Source of the DNA: Bacteriovoracaceae bacterium
Lineage (GTDB): Bacteria > Bdellovibrionota > Bacteriovoracia > Bacteriovoracales > Bacteriovoracaceae
DNA: 64,000 nucleotides
Direction: 5' to 3'
Assembly: GCA_048270185.1 (NCBI GenBank)
Contig: JBLWTJ010000001.1
Location: 832,001-896,000, forward strand
Below are positions 40,843 to 50,206 of this stretch, piece by piece (within the stretch, counting starts at the first letter, position 1; the number at the start of each line of letters is the position of its first letter). The position numbers and the translations under genes were made by a program. The notes below the pieces were generated by a model that was given only the letters and a program-made list of their open reading frames with translations, did no database searches and was not told the DNA's origin.

Positions 40843-42168
40843 ATGGATAGAGAATCATTTTTCAAAGATATGGAAGTCTTGGTGATCGAATCAATTGGTA
40901 ACGCCCGCGTTGCCTACGAGAATGCATTCAAGGCCCTAGGTATTGAGCGCAAGAACGTGCGTTTTGCGAAGACCTTTAATGACGCTCTTATTGAAATGAG
41001 AAATTTCAAACCTTCATTGATCTTCTCATATGAAGTTATTGGCGAGGATCGCTACACTAGTGTTCTAAAAGAACACTTAAAAATTCTACCAAATCGTCTT
41101 AAAAATAGTTTCATTCTTCTGACGCAGAATGATTCAATTGATGCCATTTCAAAAATTGCTCAACAACAAGTCGATCTCGTTCTCCCTATTCCTTTTACAG
41201 TCGAAAGTATAAAGGCCCTTATGGAAGAACTCTATCAAATGAAGTCCTCACCTAGTGAGTATCGTGTTCTTATCAATGAAGCTTATGAATTTATAGGAAA
41301 AGAACACGAAAGAGTTTTTGAAATTACGGCCAAGGCACGAGAAGTTTCAAAGAACCCATTTGAAGCTCATTACCTCGAAGCTCTTTGTCAATTTAAAGAA
41401 GAAAAATACGATGAAGCCGTCATCACTTTAGAGAAGTCTTATGCAATCAATCCAAGAGACTTTAATACATTAAAACTCTTCTTTAAAACTTATAAGCATC
41501 AAAAAAATTACTATATGGCGCTTCAATACTCTCTTAAGCTTCACGCCGACTACCCGATATCACCCGATATGCTAAAAGACTTATCAATGGTTGCAGTAGC
41601 AGCAGGAAAGCATGAGTTAATACTTAACTACTACGAAGCCTATAAGAAAATTAACGAACCATCTGCAGAAATAAAGGACTCTATTGCTGCGGCCCTAGTT
41701 ATCTATGCTCGTTGTGAACTTGCAAAAATTGATTTCTTTAAAGAAGATATGCAGTCACTTTCTAAGAATAAAAAGTACAAAGAGACTCTTAAGCTACTAG
41801 AAGAAGCATCAATTATCTGTACGGACAAACCAGCTATTCTTGAGAAGATGGTAGTGATTTTGACACAAACACCAGATAACAAGACGACAAAATTCATTCA
41901 AGTAAAACAAAAGGAAAAATTTCCAAAATACGAGAATGCACCTCTTATGGATGCCCTTGTTACAGATAAGGACTCTACTCCATCACAGGCCTTGAAAATG
42001 GCCATTGATACCTTAAATAGTGGTTTTAAATCAGAAGAGCTTTATGAAATCATCATCAAAAGATCTATTGAGATGGATAGAAATAAAGAAAGTACGCAAG
42101 AATGGTATGATCAGGCCGTTAAAATCTATCCAAAACTAAAGCCTCGTCTCGATAAAATTTACCGCTAA
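40843..42168 (+). CDS. Degenerate receiver domain plus TPR protein
   Basis: VLVIES / PSLIFS / FILLT / PIPFT receiver-like pattern, then TPR helices (AHYLEALC..YDEAVITLEKSYAINP). Confidence 0.65.
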   Translation: MDRESFFKDMEVLVIESIGNARVAYENAFKALGIERKNVRFAKTFNDALIEMRNFKPSLIFSYEVIGEDRYTSVLKEHLKILPNRLKNSFILLTQNDSIDAISKIAQQQVDLVLPIPFTVESIKALMEELYQMKSSPSEYRVLINEAYEFIGKEHERVFEITAKAREVSKNPFEAHYLEALCQFKEEKYDEAVITLEKSYAINPRDFNTLKLFFKTYKHQKNYYMALQYSLKLHADYPISPDMLKDLSMVAVAAGKHELILNYYEAYKKINEPSAEIKDSIAAALVIYARCELAKIDFFKEDMQSLSKNKKYKETLKLLEEASIICTDKPAILEKMVVILTQTPDNKTTKFIQVKQKEKFPKYENAPLMDALVTDKDSTPSQALKMAIDTLNSGFKSEELYEIIIKRSIEMDRNKESTQEWYDQAVKIYPKLKPRLDKIYR

Positions 42169-42268
42169 ATTGTAATTCCAACCCCTTTGCTGTGCGCAAC
42201 AAGATAAATTACTTTGCATAATTTCCCCAAAATTATATAAAAAAGCAATTTTTTAGGGGGAGATTACC

Positions 42269-42877
42269 ATGATTAGAGCTACGATTCTATTAGTTGCTAT
42301 TGTCTATTTAACAAGTACGATGGCGCAATTTAGAGCACCAAGAATTCCAAGTCACACACAAGCGACTTGCTATGAAAAGCTATGTGCTAATTCACGTGAC
42401 TGTCGTTCACAAGATGAGCGCATGAGAGTTTTTGATGCATGTACAAGACAACTTGATACGAAATGTATTGATAATTCAATGGCCACTCTTTCAAGATATG
42501 ATCAAGATGATATTAACGAGAAAGTTCAAATCGCTCGTTCATGTCAGTATGTATACTCAGCATCACAGGCTATCGTATTTAATAATCTTTCAAGATACGA
42601 TCGCAATGACTTAAGTGAAGTGACTTACTTAAACTCAAGACTATGGCTAGCTGAGCCAGCTTGTCTTGCAAGTGCAGCTTCACGTCTTAGTCGTTATGAC
42701 TTTAACGATGTTGAAGATATAAGAAGAGTAACAGCTCAGTGTACTGGAACGTTCAATGCTCAATGTTTTGAAATTCTATGTAAGAGTAAATGGGACTGTA
42801 ATACTCAAGAAGAAGTAATCAATGCCCTTAGTAGATGTATTAGCGGACCAAGTAAGCAGGACCGCAGAAGACTATAA
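42269..42877 (+). CDS. Secreted Cys-rich protein with internal repeats
   Basis: Signal peptide; LSRYD x3; GGGGAG RBS. Confidence 0.75.
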   Translation: MIRATILLVAIVYLTSTMAQFRAPRIPSHTQATCYEKLCANSRDCRSQDERMRVFDACTRQLDTKCIDNSMATLSRYDQDDINEKVQIARSCQYVYSASQAIVFNNLSRYDRNDLSEVTYLNSRLWLAEPACLASAASRLSRYDFNDVEDIRRVTAQCTGTFNAQCFEILCKSKWDCNTQEEVINALSRCISGPSKQDRRRL

Positions 42878-42931
42878 GTCGACTATAAAAAATAAAAAGC
42901 TTTACACACAACACACAACACAGGTTTTTTA

Positions 42932-45139
42932 ATGATTAAAAATTTCTTTAAAATAACGGCCATCGGGATGATGGCCAATTTTACACTAGCGAGCCTAGAT
43001 CACCCTATTCTATTCTCCGGACGTCTCCAAAATTCTTGTAGTTTTGTGAGCGATACAACTGTTCTCGACGTTGTTGATTCTCTTTCCGTAGCAATCAAAG
43101 ATATTCGAGACGATCGTTATCGTTGTCAATCGATCTACGCCAACTCGAAAGCATTCCTATCGTCACTATCTGATGGTTACCTGGGTCGTGCTAATGAGGT
43201 TTCAATTGTGGACTCAAACTTAGAGTCTCTATCAAATGAAGTCTATAAGATGGTAACGAATCAGACTTATGCTGGTGAATACGACGCTGAGATCATGGCC
43301 CTTCAACAAAAACGTTCAGAAATTTTAGATGATGAGTATCAGAACAATAATAATGTTATGAACTCTCTTGGGATGGCCGGGGCAATCTTAGATGATCTAA
43401 GAGCAGCACCAGAGTGTGATGAAGACCTTGGAAATAAAATGCTACGTCCGGCAATTATGCTCATGGGACAAGTTGCAGGATCTTTCTACCCTGGCTCAAG
43501 CCTTCTAACGTCGGCTGCCTCAACAGGTCTTGCCAATATGGTTGATAGCCTCGTCTCTTATGTTAATTACAAAGGTGATGAAGCGAGATCGGCACTTGAA
43601 GATTTATACAGAGACCGTAATTACTATGTTTCATATAAGTGTGCTTATAAGAATATCAATGCCATGACTTGTAATCTGCGTCGAAAGGACGCAACACGAG
43701 AAGATGCGGTATGGCTCTACAATTATATCCAAAGCCTTGATACACCTGATAAAGACTTTGAGCGTATTAAAGACCTAAGAAAGCACTACCCAAGATTACA
43801 ACGAATTCTAAGTGAGTTGCGCGATATTTACGAAACAGCTAATCAACAGGATACAATTGTAACGATTGCCACACTTCAAAAAGAGCAAGCAAAGCTTCAG
43901 CTTTTTCAACCAGATCCATACTTTATTCAAGAGTGGTCAGATGAGTACGAAAATATCAAGCCATGGAGTAGCTGGGCACACCAACTGACTTGGTACTCCA
44001 ATGTTAATAAGAAATTAAAAGTTTACTGTCGAGAATTCATGGATGGTAAGTACTGGGTTAATGAGCAATCAGACTGTCAGGAAGATGCCATCGCAAAAAA
44101 TGATGACCGCTCTCTTTATATTCAAGAAGTAATCAAGCCAGCACTTCGAGATCTTGCTGCAGATAAAGAAAGACTTTCGGAAAAACTTAGAAATACTGTT
44201 AACGTTGAAAGACTTTATAAAGTAATCGAGGCCGAAGATAATTGGCGTGATAATAAGAATGAGTTCTCAATCACAGAAGTTATTGAAGCTTTCGAAGATG
44301 ATCTAAGAAATACAGACACAAGACCAGAGGCCACAAGTCTATTTGCAATTCGTATTAGAAAAGCACTAAAGGCACTAAGAGCGCTAGTTAAGTTTGAAAA
44401 TGTTGTGGATAATACAACGACGAGTATGCCAGAAGATTGTGATATCGAGAATCCAACTTGTAAGTGCAATAGTTTCAAGGACCTCTCTCAAGCGGCTTAC
44501 ACATATCTTGCCAACAACCTTTCAGACGGTGATGTTCTTTCAGTCGAGACAATTGATGCTAGTTTTTATAACTATATTAGAACAGTTGAAGAGTACTTCC
44601 TCTACGGTCTACCGTATGCAGAGTCTCCAAAACTTACTTATCAAGACAGTTTAAATTACTCGAAGTATGTTTTCCTTGTTCCAATTTACCGTGGCATTCA
44701 AGAGAATCTTTTACGCGGAAATAATGTTGGGGCAAGTAATATTCCATTACTAAACCGCGCTCGAGAAAGTTTTGAAAAAGTTTTTGGAAAAGAAATTATT
44801 AGTATCCTTCACAAGAATGTGAAGCGTGCACTTGATAAGGGCCCAAGAGATGATATTTACCGTGACACTCTCCACTCTTGTGCGATCTACTATCCAATGA
44901 TTAAGAAGAAAGGCAAGGCCTTGGACTTCAAGCGCCGTGCCGTCGTAAAGAATTGTAAGAAGCTACTTGATAAGAGTGGCGGGATTCCATACCTCATCGA
45001 AGGAAGTGCTAAGTTCTCAACAAAGAATGAGTCCTACCGCTCACAGTGTTTCTACCGTGACTACGAAGAGGCCGTGACAGTTAAGAAAACTGAGCTTGCT
45101 CGTGATCTTGACCGTACAGGTGATTTACCAGAATTATAA
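42932..45139 (+). CDS. Large secreted hypothetical protein
   Basis: Signal peptide, multiple Cys, helical; 735 aa. Confidence 0.7.
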   Translation: MIKNFFKITAIGMMANFTLASLDHPILFSGRLQNSCSFVSDTTVLDVVDSLSVAIKDIRDDRYRCQSIYANSKAFLSSLSDGYLGRANEVSIVDSNLESLSNEVYKMVTNQTYAGEYDAEIMALQQKRSEILDDEYQNNNNVMNSLGMAGAILDDLRAAPECDEDLGNKMLRPAIMLMGQVAGSFYPGSSLLTSAASTGLANMVDSLVSYVNYKGDEARSALEDLYRDRNYYVSYKCAYKNINAMTCNLRRKDATREDAVWLYNYIQSLDTPDKDFERIKDLRKHYPRLQRILSELRDIYETANQQDTIVTIATLQKEQAKLQLFQPDPYFIQEWSDEYENIKPWSSWAHQLTWYSNVNKKLKVYCREFMDGKYWVNEQSDCQEDAIAKNDDRSLYIQEVIKPALRDLAADKERLSEKLRNTVNVERLYKVIEAEDNWRDNKNEFSITEVIEAFEDDLRNTDTRPEATSLFAIRIRKALKALRALVKFENVVDNTTTSMPEDCDIENPTCKCNSFKDLSQAAYTYLANNLSDGDVLSVETIDASFYNYIRTVEEYFLYGLPYAESPKLTYQDSLNYSKYVFLVPIYRGIQENLLRGNNVGASNIPLLNRARESFEKVFGKEIISILHKNVKRALDKGPRDDIYRDTLHSCAIYYPMIKKKGKALDFKRRAVVKNCKKLLDKSGGIPYLIEGSAKFSTKNESYRSQCFYRDYEEAVTVKKTELARDLDRTGDLPEL

Positions 45140-45140
45140 T

Positions 45141-45172
45141 ATTGCCAACCTTTAGAAGGTTGGCTATTATTC
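45141..45172 (+). terminator. Hairpin after the 735-aa gene
   Basis: gccaacctt-tag-aaggttggc. Confidence 0.55.
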
Positions 45173-45194
45173 TTCTACGAAATATTCCAATTGA

Positions 45195-45270
45195 GGGCCT
45201 TTAGCTCAGCTGGGAGAGCGCTTCGCTGGCAGCGAAGAGGTCAGCGGTTCGATCCCGCTAAGGTCCACCA
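45195..45270 (+). tRNA. tRNA-Ala (GGC)
   Basis: 76 nt; GGGCCTT/AAGGTCC acceptor stem with G3:U70; CTTCG-CTGGCAG-CGAAG anticodon arm; GGTTCGATCC; encoded CCA. Confidence 0.98.
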
Positions 45271-45403
45271 TTTTTCTTTCTTACATTTTTCAATCAAAAT
45301 TCAGTTCAAGCTAACCACCCAATAACATTACTAACCATGTATCAACTACTTGTGTTCGCTGTTTCTTCTAAAAGTCTTCCAGAATCTCTTCAAGTCTCTA
45401 CCG

Positions 45404-45433
45404 TTGGCTAATCTTGGCTAAAATTTTGGCTAA
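45404..45433 (+). repeat. TTGGCTAA x3 direct repeats
   Basis: Copies at 45404, 45414 and 45426. Confidence 0.8.
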
Positions 45434-45449
45434 CGTGGTTGTAGCACTA

Positions 45450-45465
45450 TGCCGGAATTACCAGA
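45450..45465 (+). repeat. 16-bp direct repeat TGCCGGAATTACCAGA, copy 1
   Basis: Exact copy at 62010-62025; 20/21 match when extended left to CACT. Confidence 0.9.
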
Positions 45466-45585
45466 TGTATAGACCCGACTTATTGAACAACTAATTAAAT
45501 CAATGAGATAGTATTGTTTATGGGCATTTCAGCGTTTTAGTCATTTCATTTCTTTTCACATCTTTTAACGTCATTTCACAAAAAC

Positions 45586-45612
45586 AGTCGTGAAAGTCGT
45601 GAGAGTCGTGAG
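45586..45612 (+). repeat. AGTCGTGAR x3 tandem repeat
   Basis: 9-bp period upstream of the ORF at 45701. Confidence 0.8.
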
Positions 45613-45700
45613 AAGTTTTACCAGTTTATTCCCCATATTTAGCCTGCTCAAAAAGCCTTTATTAACAGCTATTTTTAGCAATAAACAACGGAGGCAAGAA

Positions 45701-46051
45701 ATGTCTAAAAAAGAAAACAAGAATGTTACTTACAATTCTCTAAGAGTTAAAAATGAAACTAAAGCTTTGCTACAAAATTTATTAGCAAAGATTAACAAGA
45801 ATGAAGATTGCGGGAAAATCACCTCTGACAAAATCATTCATCACTTAGTTAAAAATGTGACAAATGAAGACATCAAAGCACTACAGCTAGAATCTATAAC
45901 ATGGGAGCATGAAGATCGTAGATTGAAGAAGCTTTGGGAAAAGAAAAAAGGCAAAATTTCTGAGAATAAATGGAAGGAAATGCTCTACATTGGTCAACTT
46001 GCTGAGTTCATAAATGAACATTCTAGGCTGAAAGTTGGGGCAAATGCTTAG
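45701..46051 (+). CDS. Small hypothetical protein, possible ribbon-helix-helix DNA binder
   Basis: GGAGG RBS; TYNSLRVKNETKALLQNL strand-helix pattern. Confidence 0.6.
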   Translation: MSKKENKNVTYNSLRVKNETKALLQNLLAKINKNEDCGKITSDKIIHHLVKNVTNEDIKALQLESITWEHEDRRLKKLWEKKKGKISENKWKEMLYIGQLAEFINEHSRLKVGANA

Positions 46052-46122
46052 AGAGAATATGTACATTAATCAGGGGAGACTGTCACATTTCTTCCCTGAT
46101 TATAAAGACTTACAGTTAAACC

Positions 46123-46153
46123 TTGACAAACTACGCTAAGTAGCGTAGTTTGT
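46123..46153 (+). promoter_or_regulatory. Sigma70 promoter overlapped by a 13-bp inverted-repeat operator
   Basis: TTGACA (46123) - 17 bp - TAGTTT (46146); acaaactacgcta-ag-tagcgtagtttgt. Confidence 0.8.
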
Positions 46154-46167
46154 AAAAAAGATTAAGG

Positions 46168-46488
46168 ATGATTAGCAAGAAAATTATTTATTACACACTG
46201 GAAAACGGAGACTCCCCCTTTGAGAATTGGCTCAAGAAATTAGACAATTTAAGCCGAGCAATTGTCGTTAGATTTGTTCAAAGAGTTGCAACTGGAGGAG
46301 CAAAAAAATCCATCAAAGCTTTAAAAGATGGAATTTTTGAAATTAAAATAACTCACGGCCCAGGTTATAGAGTTTACTTTGCTGAAGATGGTGATGAGAT
46401 CATTATTCTTTTAGTTGGTGGTGACAAGAAAACCCAAAGTCGTGACATTGATAAAGCAAAGGAGTATTGGAGGAATTATGGCAAATAG
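46168..46488 (+). CDS. RelE/HigB-like type II toxin (addiction module killer)
   Basis: SPFENWL, GIFEIKI.HGPGYRVYF, LLVGGDKKTQSRDI.KAK.YW. Confidence 0.92.
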   Translation: MISKKIIYYTLENGDSPFENWLKKLDNLSRAIVVRFVQRVATGGAKKSIKALKDGIFEIKITHGPGYRVYFAEDGDEIIILLVGGDKKTQSRDIDKAKEYWRNYGK

Positions 46489-46789
46489 ACATAAAGACTT
46501 TAATGAATTGGTCGCTCAAGAATTTGAAGATTTAGGTTTTGCTCAAGCATATATTACAAATTTGATAAACAATGAAGACCTTACTTTGGAAGATGCCCTA
46601 AGAGAATCAATCAAATCTATGGGCCTACAAGCATTTGCTGAAAAGGCAGAAATTTCTATTTCTTATGTCTCTGACTTCGTAAATAAACGTCGCAAATGGA
46701 GCACTGATAATCTTGTGAAATACATTGAGCAAGTGTTCAATCTAAAAATAAAAATGAGCGTAGAAGTTCAAAATAACGAAGTGGCTTAG
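46478..46789 (+). CDS. HTH antitoxin (HigA-like)
   Basis: Overlaps the toxin end; GGAGG RBS; MGLQAFAEKAEISISYVS HTH. Confidence 0.8.
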   Translation: MANRHKDFNELVAQEFEDLGFAQAYITNLINNEDLTLEDALRESIKSMGLQAFAEKAEISISYVSDFVNKRRKWSTDNLVKYIEQVFNLKIKMSVEVQNNEVA

Positions 46790-46829
46790 CTGCCGCTTTG
46801 TTCGTAATTGCTAATACATATGAGGCTGC

Positions 46830-47288
46830 CTATGCAGCCTCTAGGTTGTCTTCAATAAAATTTTCAAGATCATATAACCAGTAATAATTTGATCCATTAT
46901 CGAATGTAATTACTTGGTCATCTTGCTCTAATCCGTCCATATATTCTGATTTAGCAATATCCCATGCAATTGGGTCTTGCTCTTTCATAACTTCAACTGT
47001 CAAAAGTTCAAGAAATCCAACTTTAGTTGTTTCGCCATAGCAATCTTCAATCATTTGCTCGAAACTTTCAGTTATATCAACTGTTTCAAGGTTCTCTTCG
47101 AGTATGTTTTCGATAACCCAATCAGTTCCATATTCACACCCATATTCAGGTAATAGCCTCATCAGATCGTCTGAGTGACATGTCTTACAAGTTCCAGTTG
47201 GTGCTTCCTTGTAACATGAGTAACAAAATGGAATAGTTTTATTGAAAGCTATTTTTTCTAAATTTTTATTAATTTCTTTTAAACACAT
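46830..47288 (-). CDS. Zinc-ribbon protein with highly acidic C-terminal region
   Basis: CYSC...CKTC; AGGAG RBS before ATG 47288. Confidence 0.75.
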   Translation of the reverse strand: MCLKEINKNLEKIAFNKTIPFCYSCYKEAPTGTCKTCHSDDLMRLLPEYGCEYGTDWVIENILEENLETVDITESFEQMIEDCYGETTKVGFLELLTVEVMKEQDPIAWDIAKSEYMDGLEQDDQVITFDNGSNYYWLYDLENFIEDNLEAA

Positions 47289-47294
47289 AATTTT

Positions 47295-47462
47295 GCTCCT
47301 ATATAATTGTTTCATTTCTTGGAAGCCGAAGTAACGAAGTCGAGTGCATTTCAAGGAAAAACTCGGAGGGTTCCCTCTGGGAGACCGTGTTTTTCCTTGA
47401 AATGTTAGGGAGCGTAGTGAATGAATAGCGTACAAAATGAAGACAATTTATATATTAGGAGC
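47295..47462. promoter_or_regulatory. Large nested imperfect inverted repeat
   Basis: Perfect 16-bp inner stem 47347-47362/47389-47404; outer imperfect stem gctcctatataattgtttcattt / aaatgaagacaatttatatattaggagc. Confidence 0.7.
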
Positions 47463-47533
47463 TTTAATCAGTTTACTAAGAAGCAAATAATTGAAATAAA
47501 TAACTAATAATACAGTTCTTGTTAGGGGTTACT

Positions 47534-49330
47534 ATGTCAAACAATGAAAAAAAGAATTTCACACTCGATAATTTGATTGAGATTTTTACTGAAAACGACT
47601 GTATTGAGAAATGTTTATCTAAAATCTCGAAAGAAAAAAATGATGATACTGAAATAGACAAAGATGTGTTGTTAATCGAAGAAGTCTTAAGACTTGGCTT
47701 GGATGGAAAAAACGAAAAGGAACCATTTAAACCTTTCATGGAATATCAGGGCAAGAGAACATTGTCGTTGGAAGATATAAAGACAGAACAATATCAGGTA
47801 ATAGAAAACTTAATTGGTAAAATAAAAAGTCATCATGTCAATGCTAGACTAGCAGATGTCCTCTGGGCCGGATGCCAAGATTACCCAAAAGTAGAACTGG
47901 CACTAGAATCTTATCTTTCATACATAGAAGACTTTGTTAGCAGTGAAGAAAAAAGATCAAAGGCACTAATACGAGATGAATTAAAGAGATGTTCCTCTCT
48001 TCTGCGTTTAACTAAAGACAAAGATACTCTTAAAGAAAGATTGTCTAATATTTTCAAAATATTAATTAGTCCTAAAGACAAGGAGCCAAGTGACTTTACA
48101 AGATTTATCTATTTTAAGATTTACGCTTTTGCAAACCTTGAAGATGATAAGAATATTATTCAAATGTCAGAGAATTATGCAGATGAATCAAAAACTCAGA
48201 AGCACTTTAGAAAATATCGTGACTACTTAGATATATGTTTAAAGTTACACAAAAAAGCAAAAGACGTTGATAAAAGAGATCAGACCCTTAATCTTATTTG
48301 TGACTCATATTTCGATGAAATTAAAAGTATAAAAGAAGACGGGGGCAATGGCCTAATGTTAACCGAAGCATGCTCAAGAGCTTTGTACGAAAATATGATG
48401 GCACATAAAATAACGAGAAGTCGAAAAGAAGCAATTGATGATATACATGCAGAATTAAATAATGCCTCACTTAAATCACAAGATGAAATGAAGTCTTCTC
48501 CATTTGACATAGACCTTTCAAAACCAATGGAAGAAACATTTAAAGCAATTGAGAAGCTAGATACTATAAATGGTATATTGGCTTTAACTTATAAAACGAT
48601 TCCTCAAGAAGTTGAATATTATCAAAATCATGCAAAAGAAGCTGTAAAGGGTTCTCTGCGCCATTTGTTTTCGACAATACATTATGATGACAATGCGAGA
48701 ATAGTTGATAGAGATAATGGCCTCTCTTTTGAGAATGAAGATGAGAATGCTTCGATTTTACTCTCAGAAGCCTTATTTCTATTTAAAAACGGAGTCTTAA
48801 TAAAAGGAACTTGCATAGATCACGGCAGAAATACTCTCCTTCTTAGACATGACATCACTGAATATGATTTTGAAAGTTTTCTTACAAATAATCCTTTTAT
48901 ACCTCCAAACAGAATCTCCATAATCAGAAAAGCCTTATGGTATGGGTTTATTGGGAAATGGGAAGAATCAATGTATTTATTAGTCCCTCAATTTGAAAAC
49001 TGTTTTCGGCATTTCTTAGAAAATGTAGGTGTAATAGTTACTCTTATTGATGAAGATATAGTTCAACAAGAAAGAACTTTAAGCTCTCTGTTACATCTAC
49101 CTGAATTTAAAAAAGTATTTGGTGAAGCTCATCTCTTTCAAATTAAAGCTCTTTTGTCAGAAAATAAAGGTTTTAACTTCAGGAACAGGCTTTCACATGG
49201 ACTAATTGGAGATGATTTCTACGACTCATGTTCTTATTTCTCTCCATTTGTTTGGGGCTATTTCATTTACCTTAGCTATATGCTTAGGGAAACTTTCTAT
49301 GAAAAGCTCAACCAAGTCAAAGAAATCTAA
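47534..49330 (+). CDS. DUF4209-type protein with C-terminal HEPN-like domain
   Basis: ARLADVLW N-terminal motif; PQFENCFR and NFRNRLSHG (RxxxxH). Confidence 0.78.
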   Translation: MSNNEKKNFTLDNLIEIFTENDCIEKCLSKISKEKNDDTEIDKDVLLIEEVLRLGLDGKNEKEPFKPFMEYQGKRTLSLEDIKTEQYQVIENLIGKIKSHHVNARLADVLWAGCQDYPKVELALESYLSYIEDFVSSEEKRSKALIRDELKRCSSLLRLTKDKDTLKERLSNIFKILISPKDKEPSDFTRFIYFKIYAFANLEDDKNIIQMSENYADESKTQKHFRKYRDYLDICLKLHKKAKDVDKRDQTLNLICDSYFDEIKSIKEDGGNGLMLTEACSRALYENMMAHKITRSRKEAIDDIHAELNNASLKSQDEMKSSPFDIDLSKPMEETFKAIEKLDTINGILALTYKTIPQEVEYYQNHAKEAVKGSLRHLFSTIHYDDNARIVDRDNGLSFENEDENASILLSEALFLFKNGVLIKGTCIDHGRNTLLLRHDITEYDFESFLTNNPFIPPNRISIIRKALWYGFIGKWEESMYLLVPQFENCFRHFLENVGVIVTLIDEDIVQQERTLSSLLHLPEFKKVFGEAHLFQIKALLSENKGFNFRNRLSHGLIGDDFYDSCSYFSPFVWGYFIYLSYMLRETFYEKLNQVKEI

Positions 49331-50175
49331 TCACAGCTATTAGAACAGCAGGGCTTATCTTTACCTTCTACTTTCTTCTGTGGTCTTGAAAGTTTAATTA
49401 TTGTAAATCCACCTTTAATAACAATAAAAGATACAAATGCTCCAATAACAAGGTCTGGAATATTGCTGTTTAGATAATAAACGAGGACACCTGATACAAT
49501 AACACCAGTATTTACAATGACATCATTTGCTGAAAATATCCAACTAGCCTTCATGTGAACCTCACCATCTTTATGTTTGTGTATCAAAACTAAGCATAAA
49601 ACATTAGCAATTAGGGCAATTATTGAAATAATGATCATGTAATTGGATAGAGGTTCACTTCCTGTGTAAAACTTTCGACCTACTTCAACAAGACATAAAA
49701 GGCCTAACGATATTTGCATGATACCACTAAGAAAGGCTGTTCTATTTTTTGTAACAATGCTTCTTCCGACAGCATACAAGCTGATACCATACACAAATGA
49801 GTCGGCTAACATATCCAATCCATCTGCTATTAATCCTGTAGATTCTGCATAAATCCCAACAAATATCTCAACGATGAACATTGTAAAATTTATCGCTAAC
49901 AAATATTTAAGGGTTCTTGCTTCAACACTAGGCCCAATATCAGGTATGTCTTCTTCAGAAATACTTTCAGTTGAAACAAGTTCGCCAGGTAATGATACAT
50001 TCTTTAATTCATTCAAAATCATATCACTAGTTATACTATGGTAAAAAGTAACAACTCTTTTATCTAAATCAAATTCTGCCTTTATATCCGTGCTAATCTT
50101 CTCAATAAGACTTTCTATTATTTTAACTTCAGACGGGCAGTCCATCTTTTGAATTTTAACAATACTCTTTTTCAT
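49327..50175 (-). CDS. CDF cation transporter with N-terminal HMA-like domain
   Basis: MDCPSE; GLIADGLDMLAD; HMKASWIFSANDV. Confidence 0.85.
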   Translation of the reverse strand: MKKSIVKIQKMDCPSEVKIIESLIEKISTDIKAEFDLDKRVVTFYHSITSDMILNELKNVSLPGELVSTESISEEDIPDIGPSVEARTLKYLLAINFTMFIVEIFVGIYAESTGLIADGLDMLADSFVYGISLYAVGRSIVTKNRTAFLSGIMQISLGLLCLVEVGRKFYTGSEPLSNYMIIISIIALIANVLCLVLIHKHKDGEVHMKASWIFSANDVIVNTGVIVSGVLVYYLNSNIPDLVIGAFVSFIVIKGGFTIIKLSRPQKKVEGKDKPCCSNSCD

Positions 50176-50206
50176 TTTTTTCCTTTTCTTATAACTCACT
50201 TAGATA

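Noticed and set aside
42904..42922. acacacaacacacaacaca tract
   Set aside because: Short low-complexity leader with no supporting evidence of function
45122..45140. ttaccagaatta similarity to the repeat region at 62018
   Set aside because: Only 12 bp in AT-rich DNA and explained by the coding end LPEL-stop
45280..45620. Possible CRISPR array in the repeat-rich zone
   Set aside because: Repeats are 8-9 bp with no spacers and no cas genes
47289..47435. N-terminal 49 codons of the 201-aa track ORF
   Set aside because: Coincide with the large hairpin; a strong RBS supports ATG 47288
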